The notes beneath the pieces are model-generated. The model worked only from the letters and a program-made list of their open reading frames with translations, did not search any database and was not told where the DNA came from. Both the position numbers and the translations under genes were made by a program. A stretch of 56,218 bases of DNA from Okamejei kenojei. Lineage: Eukaryota. This document shows, in pieces, positions 38,065 through 51,560 of the stretch (position 1 is its first letter; each line of letters starts with the position of its first letter). Location of the stretch: assembly GCA_035221665.1 (NCBI GenBank), contig CM069142.1:73966001-74022218 (forward strand), read 5' to 3'.

Positions 38065-41000
38065 TGAAGTGGGCGCATGTGCGTGGTTCTTCTAGAGTGC
38101 GCATGTGCAAAGTATTTCGGGCGGGAAAGGCCTGCGGAATCAGCCATGTTTGCCAGACATTTCTGAGTAATGTATTAAAGAAATAAGTTGCTTAAAGCTT
38201 AAAGTTAAATAAATTACAAGTAGTGAAAGTTTCATTTACCTCACAACAATTTAAGCAACTTATCTTACAAGTCAAACAGTCCGACTTGGGATGGAAAAAC
38301 TATTGAAACCCCAACGCTTGGATCTGGATCCCAACTCACCTGCTGCTGCAAAGATTGGAAGCACTGGCTTTGTATACTAAATAACTTCTTTGAGGAGTGT
38401 GGCAACGATGCACCAGAGACAGGCTTAAGACATTAATAAGCTTATCATTCTTCTGATGTATATGAGTTCATAGAGGAATGTACAACTTATGATTCTGCTA
38501 TTGATGTACTAAGCAGACTCTTCGTTATAAGACACCCAACGTGATATTCACTCGACACCACCTTGCTATCGGAAGAAACAAAAACTGGTGAGTCACTTGA
38601 TGAATTTTTACAAGAACTTCAAAGACATTGTAAAGACTGTGCTTCAAAGCAGTTATGGCTGATCAATATCGACAGGAAGTTATTCGAGACTCTTTTATCA
38701 ATGGTTTGGCATCGCCTTTAATACGACAGAGACTATTAGAACACAAAACCTTGGATTTACAGTCAGCTTACAATCAAGCTTGTGACTCTTTAGATTGGCT
38801 CAGAAAATTCAGATGCTTATGGCTCATCTAAATGTGTATTCTGCTGCAAACTACTACAAAACGGATTTCACCCAAGTACAAATTATGGAGAAAACCGACA
38901 CAATTTCTATGATAAAGGTGCCCTTGCTGCTGCATATATTATTCAAAAAGGAACTGTTACTTTTTTGCGGGGGTGATATTCATAAGAAAGAGATATGCGC
39001 TGCTCGAGAGGCAACTTGTAATAGTTTGTGGCAAGAAGGGGACATTATTCTAGAGTATGCAAGTCCAAAGCAGCTACAAAAATTGTGACTGCTGCCATGT
39101 ATACGCCGCCTTTATGTACAATTACAGCTGCATTTCCTCAGTGCTTTGTCTCATGCAGCTACAATGGTATCCATTATGGCCATACACTTTTAATGCATTA
39201 GGGTTAGGGTTAAGACACTACATGTCACATAAACTTTCCTGAACTGCCAGAATAAGTGAATTCTTGACTAAAATGTTAACCATTATTCCTTCAACTAAGG
39301 AAATCTCCCTGGCTCTGACCCAACTATCAACAATCAAATTATAGGATCTTGAAGGATTTAGAGAAGAAATACACTGCGTTTGAAGCAAATGGGGGGAATT
39401 TTTATCACTAACTGCAGAGTTCTTTTGGGTGGTAACTAATGGTGTGCTGGTTTTCAGAGAGTGATGGACAACTTGTTGAAAGGAAAACCTAAAGATACTT
39501 TCCCTTATCTTGACTATTATAATATTGAGGAAATGACAAGCTGAACATGATGAAAATGTACACGGTTTTTTTAGATGTTTGTACATTCTAAAATCTAACT
39601 GTAAATGAGGTTAGGTTTCAATAACAATCCAGTGTCATCAATTAATTTCATGGTTATTGGTTGGAACTGATATAATCAAGCCTGATCGAAAGACTCCGCC
39701 CTCCAAGAGATTACCTGTTCCAGTTTAATTAAACTCTCTATGAGGGTCCTTGGCATTGATCCAAAAAGGGCTACATATTTTCTGACAAAATTTCAGCCTT
39801 TGATTAGAGCAATATCTTTCCCCTTGATCTCAGCAATGGTGCTTTTTTATTCTTTTTAAAGCAACCAATTGAAATCTGCGACATTACACACCATTGACGG
39901 CGGATCTCCCTTTGTGTTGAATTGCACACACCCCCCCCCCCATGATGCCTCTGATTAGCAGTATCAGCAACATTAACTCAGGAGGAGACCAGTGGCTTTC
40001 ATGATGTAACTCTCCACGGTGAAGTAAAACTTGCACTACCACCTGTCGAAAGGATGCTACAGCAATTTCGAAGAGATGAGGGAAAATTGAGGTATTTCCT
40101 TGCTCGCCAGCACTTCTTTGATAAGATCGTGTTCAGTAGCCTTTATGCTGGATAATCGAAAACCCACAACCGAAGATTAAGGGAACAGTTAAAATTCATG
40201 AATGGAGGGTTTGAATATCTGCATATAGTTATTCAATTGAGTACGCCCAGGTAGGATATTGTTGCTCGGATACTTAACCTCGAGCTTTTGTGCCTCTGTT
40301 CATTCTTCCTGCACTCATGATCTTCACAATGGCTGGTCTTCCTGGAGTAGTCACTCGTTAGTTACACTATGTACGTTCCAAAACCCTACCTTTCTTACAG
40401 AAGATGTGAAGATGACGTGTGCTTCATGTAAAATCTGTTGCTGAATTAAAACCAAGGTTTTCGGTTCTGAGAATGAAGATTGATTCAAAAGCTACGCAAC
40501 CTATTTGAGAATTGACTTCAAAGGGTGTCCCATCTCCTCTCGAAAAAGTTTATATACTTACTTAGTTGACGATATTCGAGGTTCCCATTTGCTTTTCCTT
40601 GTCCAAATATGTCAGCTGCTATGGTTATCAAATGTTTAGATCAAACTTGTTTTCTTTTCTGTGGATTTCCAAGTTGCATTCATTCTGTTAGGGGCACCTC
40701 ATTCATGACGAAAGCGTTAAAGGACTACCTTTTAAGAGAGGAATTGCAACAAGTTAAAACAACACCATATTTTCTATTGGATAATGGTCAGGTTGAGAGT
40801 ATAAACGAGAATCATTTGGAAAGCAGTGAAACTGCTTTAAAGTCAAATGACATACAGAATCGCATTGGGGAAATGTGTCTACCAGTGCATTACACTCATC
40901 GATCTCTACTGTCAACTGCTACCAATACTACTCCACATGAGCGGTTCTTTAACTTTCAAACGGGGTCTTCTAGTGGTACTTCTCTCCATCAAGAGTTGAT

Positions 41001-41605
41001 AGCCTGGACCTGTGTTGGTTTGTCTTATGTCCGATCAAATAAGAACGAGCCTTTTGTGATGAAGTTGTTGAAATGATAATGTCAACCATCTTATGAAACT
41101 ATCAGTCAGGATGGCCGCCAGTAACTGGGGTCTCATATGTGACTTGCCCATGTCGTCTCTCTTCAGCTCCATCACTTCTTGTTAACACTAATCGAAGAAC
41201 TTCCTCCAACACATTCCAGCATCCCCTATGGAAAACTTCTATAGCAATTCGAATCTTGTACATTCTGAATGACATTATGAGTGCGTTGTGACCCAAGCAA
41301 TCTTATCTACCACCAGCTATTGAAACGCCCATTACCTCTGAAGCTCCAGTTCTCGACGGTCATCAAGATTATTAAACTTCCTGACCGGTCTCACTTATAA
41401 ATAGGAGGTGAGAATGACGTGTGGGCATGCGGGGAACATTCCCGGAGTGTGCGCTTGTGCAATGTATTTCGGGCGGGAACAAGGCCTGCTGAATCACGCC
41501 ATGTTTTGCCAGATGTTTTGGAGTAATGTATTAAAGAAATAAGTTGCTTAAAGCTTAAATAAAGTTAAATTACAAGTAGTATGAAAGTTTTGTTTACTCA
41601 CAACA
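38065..41605 (+). mobile_element. Gypsy/Ty3 LTR retrotransposon, degenerate
   Basis: LTRs at about 38065-38248 and 41415-41605 (TG...CA, internal ATTAAA); purine tract before the 3' LTR; gag start MEKLLKPQRLDLDPNSP at 38291; integrase motifs SRFPFAFPC and NGQVE after RNase H. Confidence 0.85.
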
Positions 41606-43020
41606 CGTCCTTTGATGCAATGATGAGAAGTGTTTGGAGCGTAGAGCAGAAAACGCTTATATCATATTAATGAAAAGCACATGTAATTCTAGTACAACTA
41701 AGTGGGAACCTAAAGAACAAGAATAAAGTGTCACCATCATAGATTGTTCCATGAGAAAGTGGGCATGTAACTCCGGGTCGTGAATGCTGTGGCACATACA
41801 ATGTGGTAGCAGGCGATTGATGCAATACACCGCTATGAGTGGCTCTTGGCGAAACACAACTTCGCCATATCAGGTGCAGCGAGGACATTGAACAGACGCG
41901 GCTCGAGCATTTTTAGACACGGCAACATCGTTTCCAGCTCTCCACAATATGTGACGAAGCATACTAATCACAAAACATCGCAAGTGCACGAATATAAAAT
42001 CATTTATGGGGTCGCATAGAAACATACAGAAAACGCAATTAACGACATATATACCCATGCCTGTAGACTTTCACTAAACAGGACCACAATCAAACATTCT
42101 TTGAAATGCAAAATAATTGAAAGGTGGCTAAAAGTGAATATTTGCACAAAAAAACCCAATTTTAATACAACACAATTGCATTTAGTCTCTCACTTTAATA
42201 AAATGGATTTTTCAGGCAAATTTCCTGGTGACAATACACGTTAGTAGATAATATTGGGTCATATATTTTTCTTCTTCATAGAATGCTGATTGAAAATAGT
42301 TTTTCTCACAACGACGCGCACATTATTATATGTCACGCAACAACCATGAACCCCCCCCACTGCGAAAATGATGTTAGGATTTAGGCAAACTTATACTTAA
42401 TGATACAATCTATAGTTACAGGCATACGGAAGGGCCATTCAGTCATTTAACCAGTAGTTTTCAGCGTGTCCTAAAAACTAGTGTAACCGTAGTCTTCATG
42501 CTCCATATTTTCCACTAGAAAATATAATGCGTTCTGTTATTTTTTTGTACACTAGCCTTCCTCCATTCCCCTACCGAAAAACAGGATACATAGACAAGGG
42601 TTATGTGGGAATTATGGCAGTTATCTGGCGCATGTTTGCATTCAGTGAGTTCCTTCGCCGAGTCGGTTCACCTCTCCAAATAAAGGGTTATTGATAACAT
42701 TGTAAGCAAATAACCAACTTCTGGTTTTATACCATCCCGGTTATAAATTATATTTAATGGAAGTGTATGTTTATAGAATGAACACTTAATCCAGAAATAT
42801 CATACAATTACTTTCTCCAAAATAATTCCTAAAGGTTGTTTATTAACACTGTGTATACAAGTGGCCATGATTTTGTGATACAATTATTGAGGCTACTTCC
42901 ACGTCCCCCATAGCTCAAAGGTATAATATTTAATATTCGTATTATTTTGCTAAATAATATATAAAATAGATGTTTATATTGGAATATATTATGAACATCT
43001 TTCGTGTTTGCTTTGCGTAG

Positions 43021-43139
43021 ATTATGCGAAACGTTCCCTCTTGACTATGAGGAAGACGACAACATCTGGCAACCGCTTCCCCATTCATTATCTGTTCTTC
43101 ATGAGCATTTCCTACGCGCTGCTGTAACTCTGGTTGATG
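43021..43139 (+). pseudogene. IgW: Ig heavy-chain TM1 exon (several indels)
   Basis: Acceptor TTTGCTTTGCGTAG; across frameshifts reads DYEEDDNIW / TAS / FII / FFMSISY / AAVTLV, matching the antigen-receptor TM (CART) pattern; donor GTGAGT at 43140. Confidence 0.8.
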
Positions 43140-43146
43140 GTGAGTT

Positions 43147-44905
43147 CATAGAAACACAGACATAGAAACATAGAATATAGATGCAGCAGAAGGCCATTAG
43201 CCTTCGAGGCCTGGCACCGCCCATTCCAATATAATCATGTGGCTGATCATCCAAACTCTGTATCCTGGACCTGCCTTCCTCTCCATACCCCTGATCCCTT
43301 TAGCCACAAGGGCCACATCTAACTCCCTCTTAAATATAGCCAATGACTGGCCTCAACTACCTTCTGTGGCAGGAGAATTCCAGGATTCACACTCTCTGTG
43401 TGAAAAATGTTTTTCTCATCGGTCCTAAAAAGACTTCCCCCTTATTCCCCTCAAACTGTGAAACCCCTTGTTTGACTTCCCCAACTTCAGGAACAATTTT
43501 CCTGCATCTAAGCTGTCCAACCCCTTAAGAATGTTGTTGTTTCCTCTAAGATCACCCTCAAATCTTTAAATTTAGCATGTACAAGCCGGAGTCTTCAGTC
43601 TTTGTTCATATGCGTCCTAGGATTCCAGGAATCCAGTCTGGTGAAACTTCTCTGTGTCCCTCTATGGCAATAATTGGTCTTTCCTCAGATTAGGAGGACC
43701 AACATGTACGCAATACTCCGTTGTGGTCTTCACAAAGACACTGTAACAATGCAGTAGAACCTCCTGCTCTATACTCAAATCCTTTTGCTATGAATGTAAC
43801 ATACCATTCGCTTTCTTTCATGCTCTGCTGCACTGCATGCTACTTTCAAGACTGGTGTTCCTGGGACACCAGCTTCGTTGTATTCTCCCCCTGTTCCTAA
43901 TCGGCCACATTCAGATATAGTCTCCCCTCTGTTTTGCCACACGTGGATAACCTCACATTTATCCACATTGTACAGCATTGTCATGCATGTGCCCATGACC
44001 CACTAGCAAGTTACCTTGCAGCCTCCCAGCATCCTCCTCACAGATAACCATGCCCCGCTTTGTGTCTTATAATATATTTAAATAGCCGGGGTTCCCAGAC
44101 ACCGTGCCTTGCGGCACCCATAGTCCACTGACTGCATCCTGAAAAAAGACCGTTTATCCCACTCTTTGCTTCCTGTCTGCCAGCCAGTTCTTATCACTCA
44201 AATATGAACCGCCAAAACCATGTGCCTTAAGTTTGCTTACAAATCTCTTCCTGTGGGACCTTGTCGAAAGCCTTCTGAAAAGTCAGATTACACATCCCAC
44301 TGGTTCTCCCTTCTTTACATCTACTAGTTAATCCACGAAAATTCGTCAGACTTGATGTACCTTTCATTAAATCTATGCTGACTTTGTCCCAATGATTTCA
44401 CTACTTTCCATATGCGCTGCTATCCCATCTTTAATAAATTGACTCTAGCAGTTCTCATACCGTTGTTAGACTATACCTGGTCTGTAATTCCCCGTTTTCA
44501 CTCTCCCTCCCTTTTTAAAAAGTGGAGGTTATTATTAGCTACCCTCCAACCTCAGGAGGAAACTACTCCAGAATCTAACGAGTTTTGCAACATTATCACT
44601 TAATGCTCCACTATTTCTGGGGCTACTTCCTTAGTACTGGGATGCAGCCGATCTGGCCCTGGGGATTTATAGACCTTTAAACCATTCAATTTACCCAAAC
44701 CACTCTCGGCTATCTGGATTTCAATTATTCTCCAGCTCATTTGGACCCCGGTCCCCGCATTATCCGGGCAGATTATTTTATGTCTTTCCATAGTGAATTA
44801 CAGAACAAAGTATTTATTCATTGGTTGCCATTGTGTTGTTCCCATGATCAATCACCTGTTTCTGACTGGCAAGGGATCTACATTTTGTTTTCATAACACT
44901 TTTTC
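43147..44905 (-). mobile_element. CR1 LINE fragment
   Basis: CATAGAAA tail; reverse-complement homology to 2700-4340. Confidence 0.85.
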
Positions 44906-44909
44906 TCTT

Positions 44910-46322
44910 CACATAGAAATTGGTGCAGGAGTAGGCCATTCGGGCCCTTCGGCCCTTCGAGCCTGGGAACGCCATTCAATATGATCATGGCTGATCACCA
45001 ACTCAGTATCCGTACCTGCTTCTCTCCCTACCCTCTGATCCATGCCACATGGGCCACATCTATCTCCTCTTAAATATAGCCAATGAATGGCCTCAAATAC
45101 CTCTGTGGCAATAGTTCAGAGACTCACATTCTGTGTGAAAAATGTATTTTCTTCTCATTCTTAAAGGATTTCCCCCTTATCTTAGCTGTGACCTTGTCCT
45201 GGACTTCCCCAACATCGGTAACTATCGTTCCTGCTTCTAGCCTGTCCAACCCCTTAAGAATTTTGTACGTTTCTATAAGATCCCTTTCAATCTCTAATTT
45301 CTGCGAGTAATTACCGAGTCTATTCCAGTCTTTCTTCATAGACAGTCCGGTAATCCCAGGAAATCAGTCTGGTGGAACCTTCTCTGCACTCCCTCTATGG
45401 CAATAATGTCCTTCCCCGTTTTGGAGACCAGAATTGTTCGCAAATACTCAGGTTGTGGTTCACCAAGCCTGTACAACTGAATTAGAATCCTCCTGCCTCC
45501 TTAACTCAAATCCTTTTTGGCTATTGAAGCGAACATATCATTGCTTTCTACGTCCTGTTGCGGCACTGGCAGGCCTTACTTTCAATGACTGTGTACATGA
45601 ACCAGGTCTCGTGCATATCCCTTTTCCTAATCGGCACCATATAAATAATAGTAGTTTCAGTTTTTGCCACCAAATGGATAACCTCACATTTTATCCACAT
45701 TATAACTGCATTCTGCCAACAAACATTTGCATCACCGCTATCCAAGTCACTTGCCGTCTCCTAGCATCCTCCTCGCAGCTAACCATGCCCAGCTTAGAAG
45801 TCATCCGAAATTGGAGATTTGCCTTCAAATCCCTCATCCAGATCATTAATATATATTGTAAATAGCTGGGGTCCCAGCTTGAGCCTTACGGTCCCACTAG
45901 TCACTGCCTGCCATGTGAAAAAGGACCGTTTACTCCTAAAAACCCCTCTTTGCTTTCCTGTCTGCCAGGCCAGGTCTCTATCCACATCAAAATCCTGACC
46001 CCAATGCCAATTATGCTTTAAGTTTGTATACAATCTCTTATATGGGCATATATCTTGGCCCGTTTGGAAGTCCAGCTACACCACATCCTGTTCTCCCCTA
46101 TCACGCTCCTAGTTAATCCTCAAAAAAAGCACAAGATTCGTCAGACATGATTTTATTTTATAATCATGCTGACTTTGTCAATGATTTCACCACTTCAAAT
46201 GCGCTGCTATCCCATCTTTAATAACTGCTAGCAGTTTCCCCTACGATGTTAAGACTAACTGGTCTGTAATACCTTGTTTTTCTCTCCTCCCTTCTAAAAC
46301 TATGGGTTACGTTGGCTACCCG
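44910..46322 (-). mobile_element. CR1 LINE fragment
   Basis: LGPQLFTIYINDLDEG and DLIETYKIL motifs; CATAGAAA tail. Confidence 0.85.
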
Positions 46323-46480
46323 CAATTGGATAGCAAACGGATTACATATCTATGTTCATTTCCACTTACTATTCCACCTGATGAAGTAGATACGGCAATT
46401 ATTGATGTATACTGTTTTGGATGTTGTTGATCTAGTCACCGATGCTCATTACACTTTCATATTCTCTCCTCTCTTTACAG

Positions 46481-46489
46481 GTCAAGTGA
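46481..46489 (+). pseudogene. IgW: Ig TM2 exon coding part (V-K-stop)
   Basis: Polypyrimidine tract and TTTACAG followed by GTC AAG TGA, the end of the canonical KVK-type cytoplasmic tail. Confidence 0.75.
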
Positions 46490-47315
46490 GGATTGAATGT
46501 TGAAAACCGCCTATTTTTCTGACCGTTACGGATGTCGTAGTTCAAATGTTCAAAATATGAAGTGGACAATATCATAGCAACCTTTCATTTCTGTCATGCC
46601 GACTTGTTGATATTGTCTAGCTGCCTTTAGTATAGCATAAATGTATAAATCTATATTAATCGTAAATTGAATATATGTGAAAGTCAATCAAATGCTAAAT
46701 CGGTAGTGTTTCTTTTTTTTCAATAATCTCTTTTTCTTTAGCAGATGGCCATATCTGTGTCCTTCGGGGTGTTGATGCCGTTGTATAGAAGTCGGGAACG
46801 CTGTTTGTGTGAGATCCGTAAATTATGTTAAATTCAGACAACCACTAGCTATGCTGTCATTATTTAAACATTCTATTGGGTCTCCCTTCAATCCTCGACT
46901 CGCCAAAGAAAACAATCCATGTTGGCCAAACCTCTTCTTATAGCTAATAATTCGAATCTGCAAGCATTTAGTAAATCTTTGCATTGCTCCAAACCACCAT
47001 TATTCCTTCGAAGGGACGACCTGACTCCCACACTATACTCAAGTGCGGCCTAACGAAGGCATGTAAATAAAATGTTAAAGTAAATGCATGTGTAAATACA
47101 TACCAAAATCAACGCTATGCACACATCGCGTATGCGCAAATATCTATTTACTCTTTCCTGCTCATTTGTCCTTTCCTATTTTCAGAGCTAGCTAACCTTT
47201 GACTTCAAGCTACGTTCAAGTATCTGGTTCTCCGTGTGAATCAGTTGTTTGCACTTTTTGTTATATGGCTGTTTCAACAAATGTACTGTCTGTAATATGT
47301 TTCTGTTAAATCACA

Positions 47316-47321
47316 AATAAA
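47316..47321 (+). terminator. Candidate polyadenylation signal for the membrane-form transcript
   Basis: AATAAA 130 nt after the acceptor CTTTCCTATTTTCAG (47185), in unique sequence downstream of TM2. Confidence 0.4.
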
Positions 47322-48069
47322 GGGAACTACAAAAGCCTAATGGTTTGCTATGTCGTTTCTCGAAGGAACCCGACCTTACGCTAAATGCGCTCTGTATTTT
47401 TTGTGTTCCACCATTTCCCGAAATATATTTTCTCTAAGATCGTTCATAGCTAGTAGTACAGGAGTGGATTCGATTACGCGACCATGCGCGCTCGGGTATC
47501 CGTTGATGTTAAGGTAAATTACTTGAATGCATTTTTATGCCCAAAGTTCCCAGGAGAGAGTAACGACCACTAGGCGCTTGGTCGCAAACCTCCCTTATAC
47601 AGTAGATATTTCTACAACTAGGTCGTCGTGACGAATGTTTGCACCACAAGCTCAATATACAGCAATATCCAATACCTTCTTATATTACTGTGGCACTATT
47701 CCAAAAAATGTTCCAAAGCACGAGAGTGCACGAAATACAGCGCACGGCAGAGAGATAGCAACAGTAGTGGGTATGATTGGGTATGGGAGTTAGAACGGGC
47801 AGAAGAGACATGGTTAGACTTTAAGAATTAATCACCAGCATTGGAATTCGCGGGTCACATTTCTCCAACGGAATATAAAATTAGTTCAGATTTGATTTGC
47901 CTGTACCATCTTGGGTATGCTTTCACTTACATATTGGTGGGCCTTTGAACGGTGGTTCGTGAGTGAGGAATGGTTAGTATCGCGCCCCCAAAATAAGAAT
48001 AGCCACAGGAGCATAAAGCACTCTCCCACTAGTTGGGTATCCTGGACTACTCTCGCTGATTCCATTCAG

Positions 48070-48520
48070 TGCACTATGAGGGAACCGCGACTAAAGTCTA
48101 GAGTATAGGAGCAGGGAGGTTTATGAGTTGTCCATGGTGAGAACCACACCTGTAGTAGTTGCGTCAGTTATGGTCTACTAATCAGAGGAAGGTTCACCCA
48201 GACTGATGCCTGGGATGGAGGACTTTCATTGAGGAAAGACTGGATAGACTCGGGCTTGTACTCGCAAGAATTTAGAAGATTGAAGGGGGGATCTTATAGA
48301 ACGTACCAACAATTCTTAAAGGGGTTTGGACAGGCTAGATGCGAAAGATTGTTCCGATGTTGGGGAAGTCCAGGACAAGGGGTTACAGTTTAGGATAAGG
48401 GGGAAGTCTTTTAGGACCGAGATGAGACAAACATTTGCACACAGACGTGGGAATCTGTGGAATTCACTTGCCACAGAAGGTAGTGGAGGTCAGGGTTCAT
48501 AGGCTATATTTAAGAGGGCG
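48070..48520 (+). mobile_element. CR1 ORF2 3' fragment
   Basis: Homologous to 3730-4180. Confidence 0.75.
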
Positions 48521-49899
48521 TTTTGAATGCTGAGAGGGCATGTGTCATTGGGCCAATATTCCCCGTGTTTTCCCTTAAGTTACCACCTTAGGAGACATAG
48601 TTAAAATGTTTTGCCACCAACGTGGAAGGAAGTGGAAGCAGTAATATGGCATGAAAAGGCTTCTTCGCACCAGGACCGAATGGAGTCCTTACGGGTACTT
48701 GAAGGTGCACCTGATGTGCATATGATTCCACGGAGGCTCAGCGATTAGTTTGGTAGTAGATTCGGACATACCAAGGGTTTTGGCGTTGCGCAAGAGGGGA
48801 TGTTCATTCCCTAGAGAAAGAGTCTCCCGAGTTAAATCAGTTTAGGGGCTATTTGTCTCCTAATGTAGAAGGCAAATTTTCTTTCGCTAGTCACAGATGC
48901 AAGCAGGTTTATATAGAAAGGCACTGGTTATTGATACCACCCCAGTGCAGAAAGCAGGTACATTTTTTTTATTTTCAAGGGGGGGGGGTTCGCAGGTTGC
49001 TTTAGAAACAATCGTAAATATATAAACATAGAAAATTAGGTGCAGGAGGAGGGCGTTTTCGGCCTATCGGAGCATGCCCGCGTTCAATATGATCATCCAA
49101 AATCATTACCCATTGGCTTTCTCCCCATATCCTTTGATTCCGTTAGCCCCAAGCGGTATATCTAGCTCTCTCATAGAAAACATCCAGTGAATTGGCCTCC
49201 ACAGGGCAGCCTTAGGAGGTGCGGGGCCATTAGGAACAATTTTATGAATATAAATATATAATTATAAAGGTATATTCAGGCACGAGTCAGTGGTGTAATA
49301 TGACAGTTCGTCGGCTTTAAAAAAAAACTAAACTGCACATGCGCAGATTGTCTCTCTCCGTAAAAATAAAAATAAAACTAATAAAGTATTAATTCAATTT
49401 GCCCAAGGCTTCCAACTTCCTTCTTTCGGAAATTACTGAATGGGTGGGGGGTTTGAAGGGGATGGCGGTGGAAAAAATGCCACTATGAGGGTAACCGCGG
49501 ACTAAGGACTTGAGTATAGGGCGGGAGGTTCTATTGCAGTGGTACAGTGCTTGGTGGACCACACCTGGAGTATTGCGTCATGTTGGCGTGAAAAACGGGA
49601 CACACCGGGACAACATGGAATCAGTTGTTCATCTCATAGCAATGTTACAAAATGTTCGTTATTTAAAAAATTAAGTCTACAATTTTCCATCAGATAAAAT
49701 CATAACGATGTTTATTTGACACCTAATTCACTTATATCTTCAGTATTAAAAAACTTTATGGCCATTTTTTTCATACTGAACTTAGCATCTTGTTCACTAT
49801 TGCTTTTCCATTGATGTAACACAAAGCTGTGATTGAGGACAGTTCAAAGCCATAACTTTCTTAAAAAATGAAGACTCTAGGTAGCATTAGATTTGCAAG

Positions 49900-51000
49900 G
49901 ATTTGACTGATCATTAGCTTGCTTAGAAAACACTCATACAGCACGCTCCGCGAGGGCGTAGGATTGAGGGTATTTGTGGCTGCTGGTGACATGCTGAAAG
50001 TTCCTTGTCTTGCAAAGTTTTTACAGATTGTGTTGGCTGGTGCATGTCTTCCGTTGTCAGTTTGCAATCGACGGTACACTGAACACAGAAAAATGTCTCT
50101 GAAGCTTCTGTATCATCTCAGATGTAATGGTAGGAGTAGCAGATCAGTTCAAACTAATTGGAATAGAAATCGACAGAACTCCCCCCCCCCCCGGGTTAGT
50201 GTTTGCCATGCCACTCAAAACAATGTCGGCGGCGAGGGAGGTCCAGGGTTTGCTGGAGCGGGTTGTTGCAGAGGGGCAGTTTCTGTGGTAGGGCGGCCAA
50301 GCTGTTGCACGGGGAGCAGGATTGTGTTTTTTCAATAAGTATTTGTCCATTCCTAGCAATAACAACATTGCTTTTGGGCAGGCGTGGAGGTGGCATCAGT
50401 ACCTGGGTTGTCCGCTGTGGACGTTTTGTAGTTATTCATCATGATGGATGAGGGAATCACACCTTTGTGGCCCTGGACGATGATCGTCTAGTATCACCAG
50501 TTGCCCTGACGATTGATCCCTCTTTTTCACCAGTTCATCGGGTAGAAGAGTTGGCTGTATATCTTGTGAGTGTATTGGATTGTGTTGGGGGCCAAAATCC
50601 CTCTTGATAATGGAGGAGAGCAGCTGCAGGTTTCTGGTCAGTGCTGTGTGCTCCGGAGGCAAAGCAGTGTTCCGTTGGGACGAAGTTGATTTCACACAGC
50701 GAGCTTGTCACACTCAAAGGGTGTTGATCACGGGAACCGCCCGTGCGTTGGAGAGAGAGGTCGGGCGCTCAGCATATCTGTGCCTGTTGTAGTCAATCTG
50801 GAAATCAAAGCGCGGAGCCGCATCATCATGCGCTGCATCGTGCAGGAGCTGGTGAAATACGCTTCTTCAGGATGGTGCTCAGTGGGTGGTGGTCGGTTTC
50901 AATCGTTAAAAGTATTCCCGAAGATAAAGTCTCTGAACTTGGAACATGCAAAAAAACGACAGCTAGCAGCCTCCTTTTCGATCAGGGCATAACGCTGCTA
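49900..51000 (-). mobile_element. LINE fragment (endonuclease/tether region; clade uncertain)
   Basis: Minus strand DFQIDY, NFVP, TRYTANSST and PW remnants across frameshifts. Confidence 0.45.
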
Positions 51001-51019
51001 CGGTTTGTCATGGTTCAGT

Positions 51020-51560
51020 AGCGGTTGGAGGCCCAGGAGCGGTTGTAGGGTGGTGTGCAGTGTCCGGGCAGTAGTGCGGTTTGTTCTCCCAACCGGCCCG
51101 GAGCGGTTGTAGAACTGGTGCAGCGTTGCCTACACTGCAACGGTCAGTCCACTTCAACGAAGTGGTCTGGAGGAAGTGCTGATTGGTGGAAGCGGACTCG
51201 AGAAAGAGCAGTGATTGAATAACCCAGGTGGTTTTTTATTTTTGCTTTCTGTTCGTACTTTTAGTTAAGGTTCAGTGAGTTAAGGGAACAGTGAGTTGAG
51301 GGTTTCAGTGAGCTAGGGTTACAGTGAGTTGAGGGTTCAGTGCTTTTTAGTAAAGGTACAGTTAAAGGCTTTAGATTTTTATAGTATGAGTTTTATTAAT
51401 TTGGGGGCAAGCCATGTCAGTGAGATCGGCCCCATGGTTTGCTCATCCGGACATGTGGAACTCAGGGATATTGTCGTGTCCTGGTGACTCGTTTACAGGA
51501 TGTGTATCCAGCTGCAGCTCCTGGCAACCCGATTGATGATTGGAGCTGTGGTTGGATTCA
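51020..51560 (+). mobile_element. CR1 5' end (UTR with about five 16-bp units and ORF1 Cys-rich start)
   Basis: GGGTTCAGTGAGYTAA-like units at 51263-51342; ORF1 remnant VCSS..MWE..CIQLQLL. Confidence 0.7.

Larger units (their letters stand above)
10767..46489 (+). pseudogene. IgW: IgW (skate IgX-type) immunoglobulin heavy-chain cluster, V-J pre-joined pseudogene: L-VJ-CH1-CH2-CH3-TM1-TM2
   Basis: Co-oriented leader, V, J, three C1-set exons and two TM exons with GT-AG boundaries. Disabling lesions: W-to-L and W-to-C in V, insertion in FR3, lost second Cys, TAG in CH2. IgW rather than IgM is inferred from the CDR2/FR3 motif ([22 protein letters not shown]) and the CH1 character. Confidence 0.88.

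Noticed and set aside
49200-49900. Possible DNA transposon remnants (also 53690-54250)
   Set aside because: No terminal inverted repeats, TSD or transposase motif could be established.
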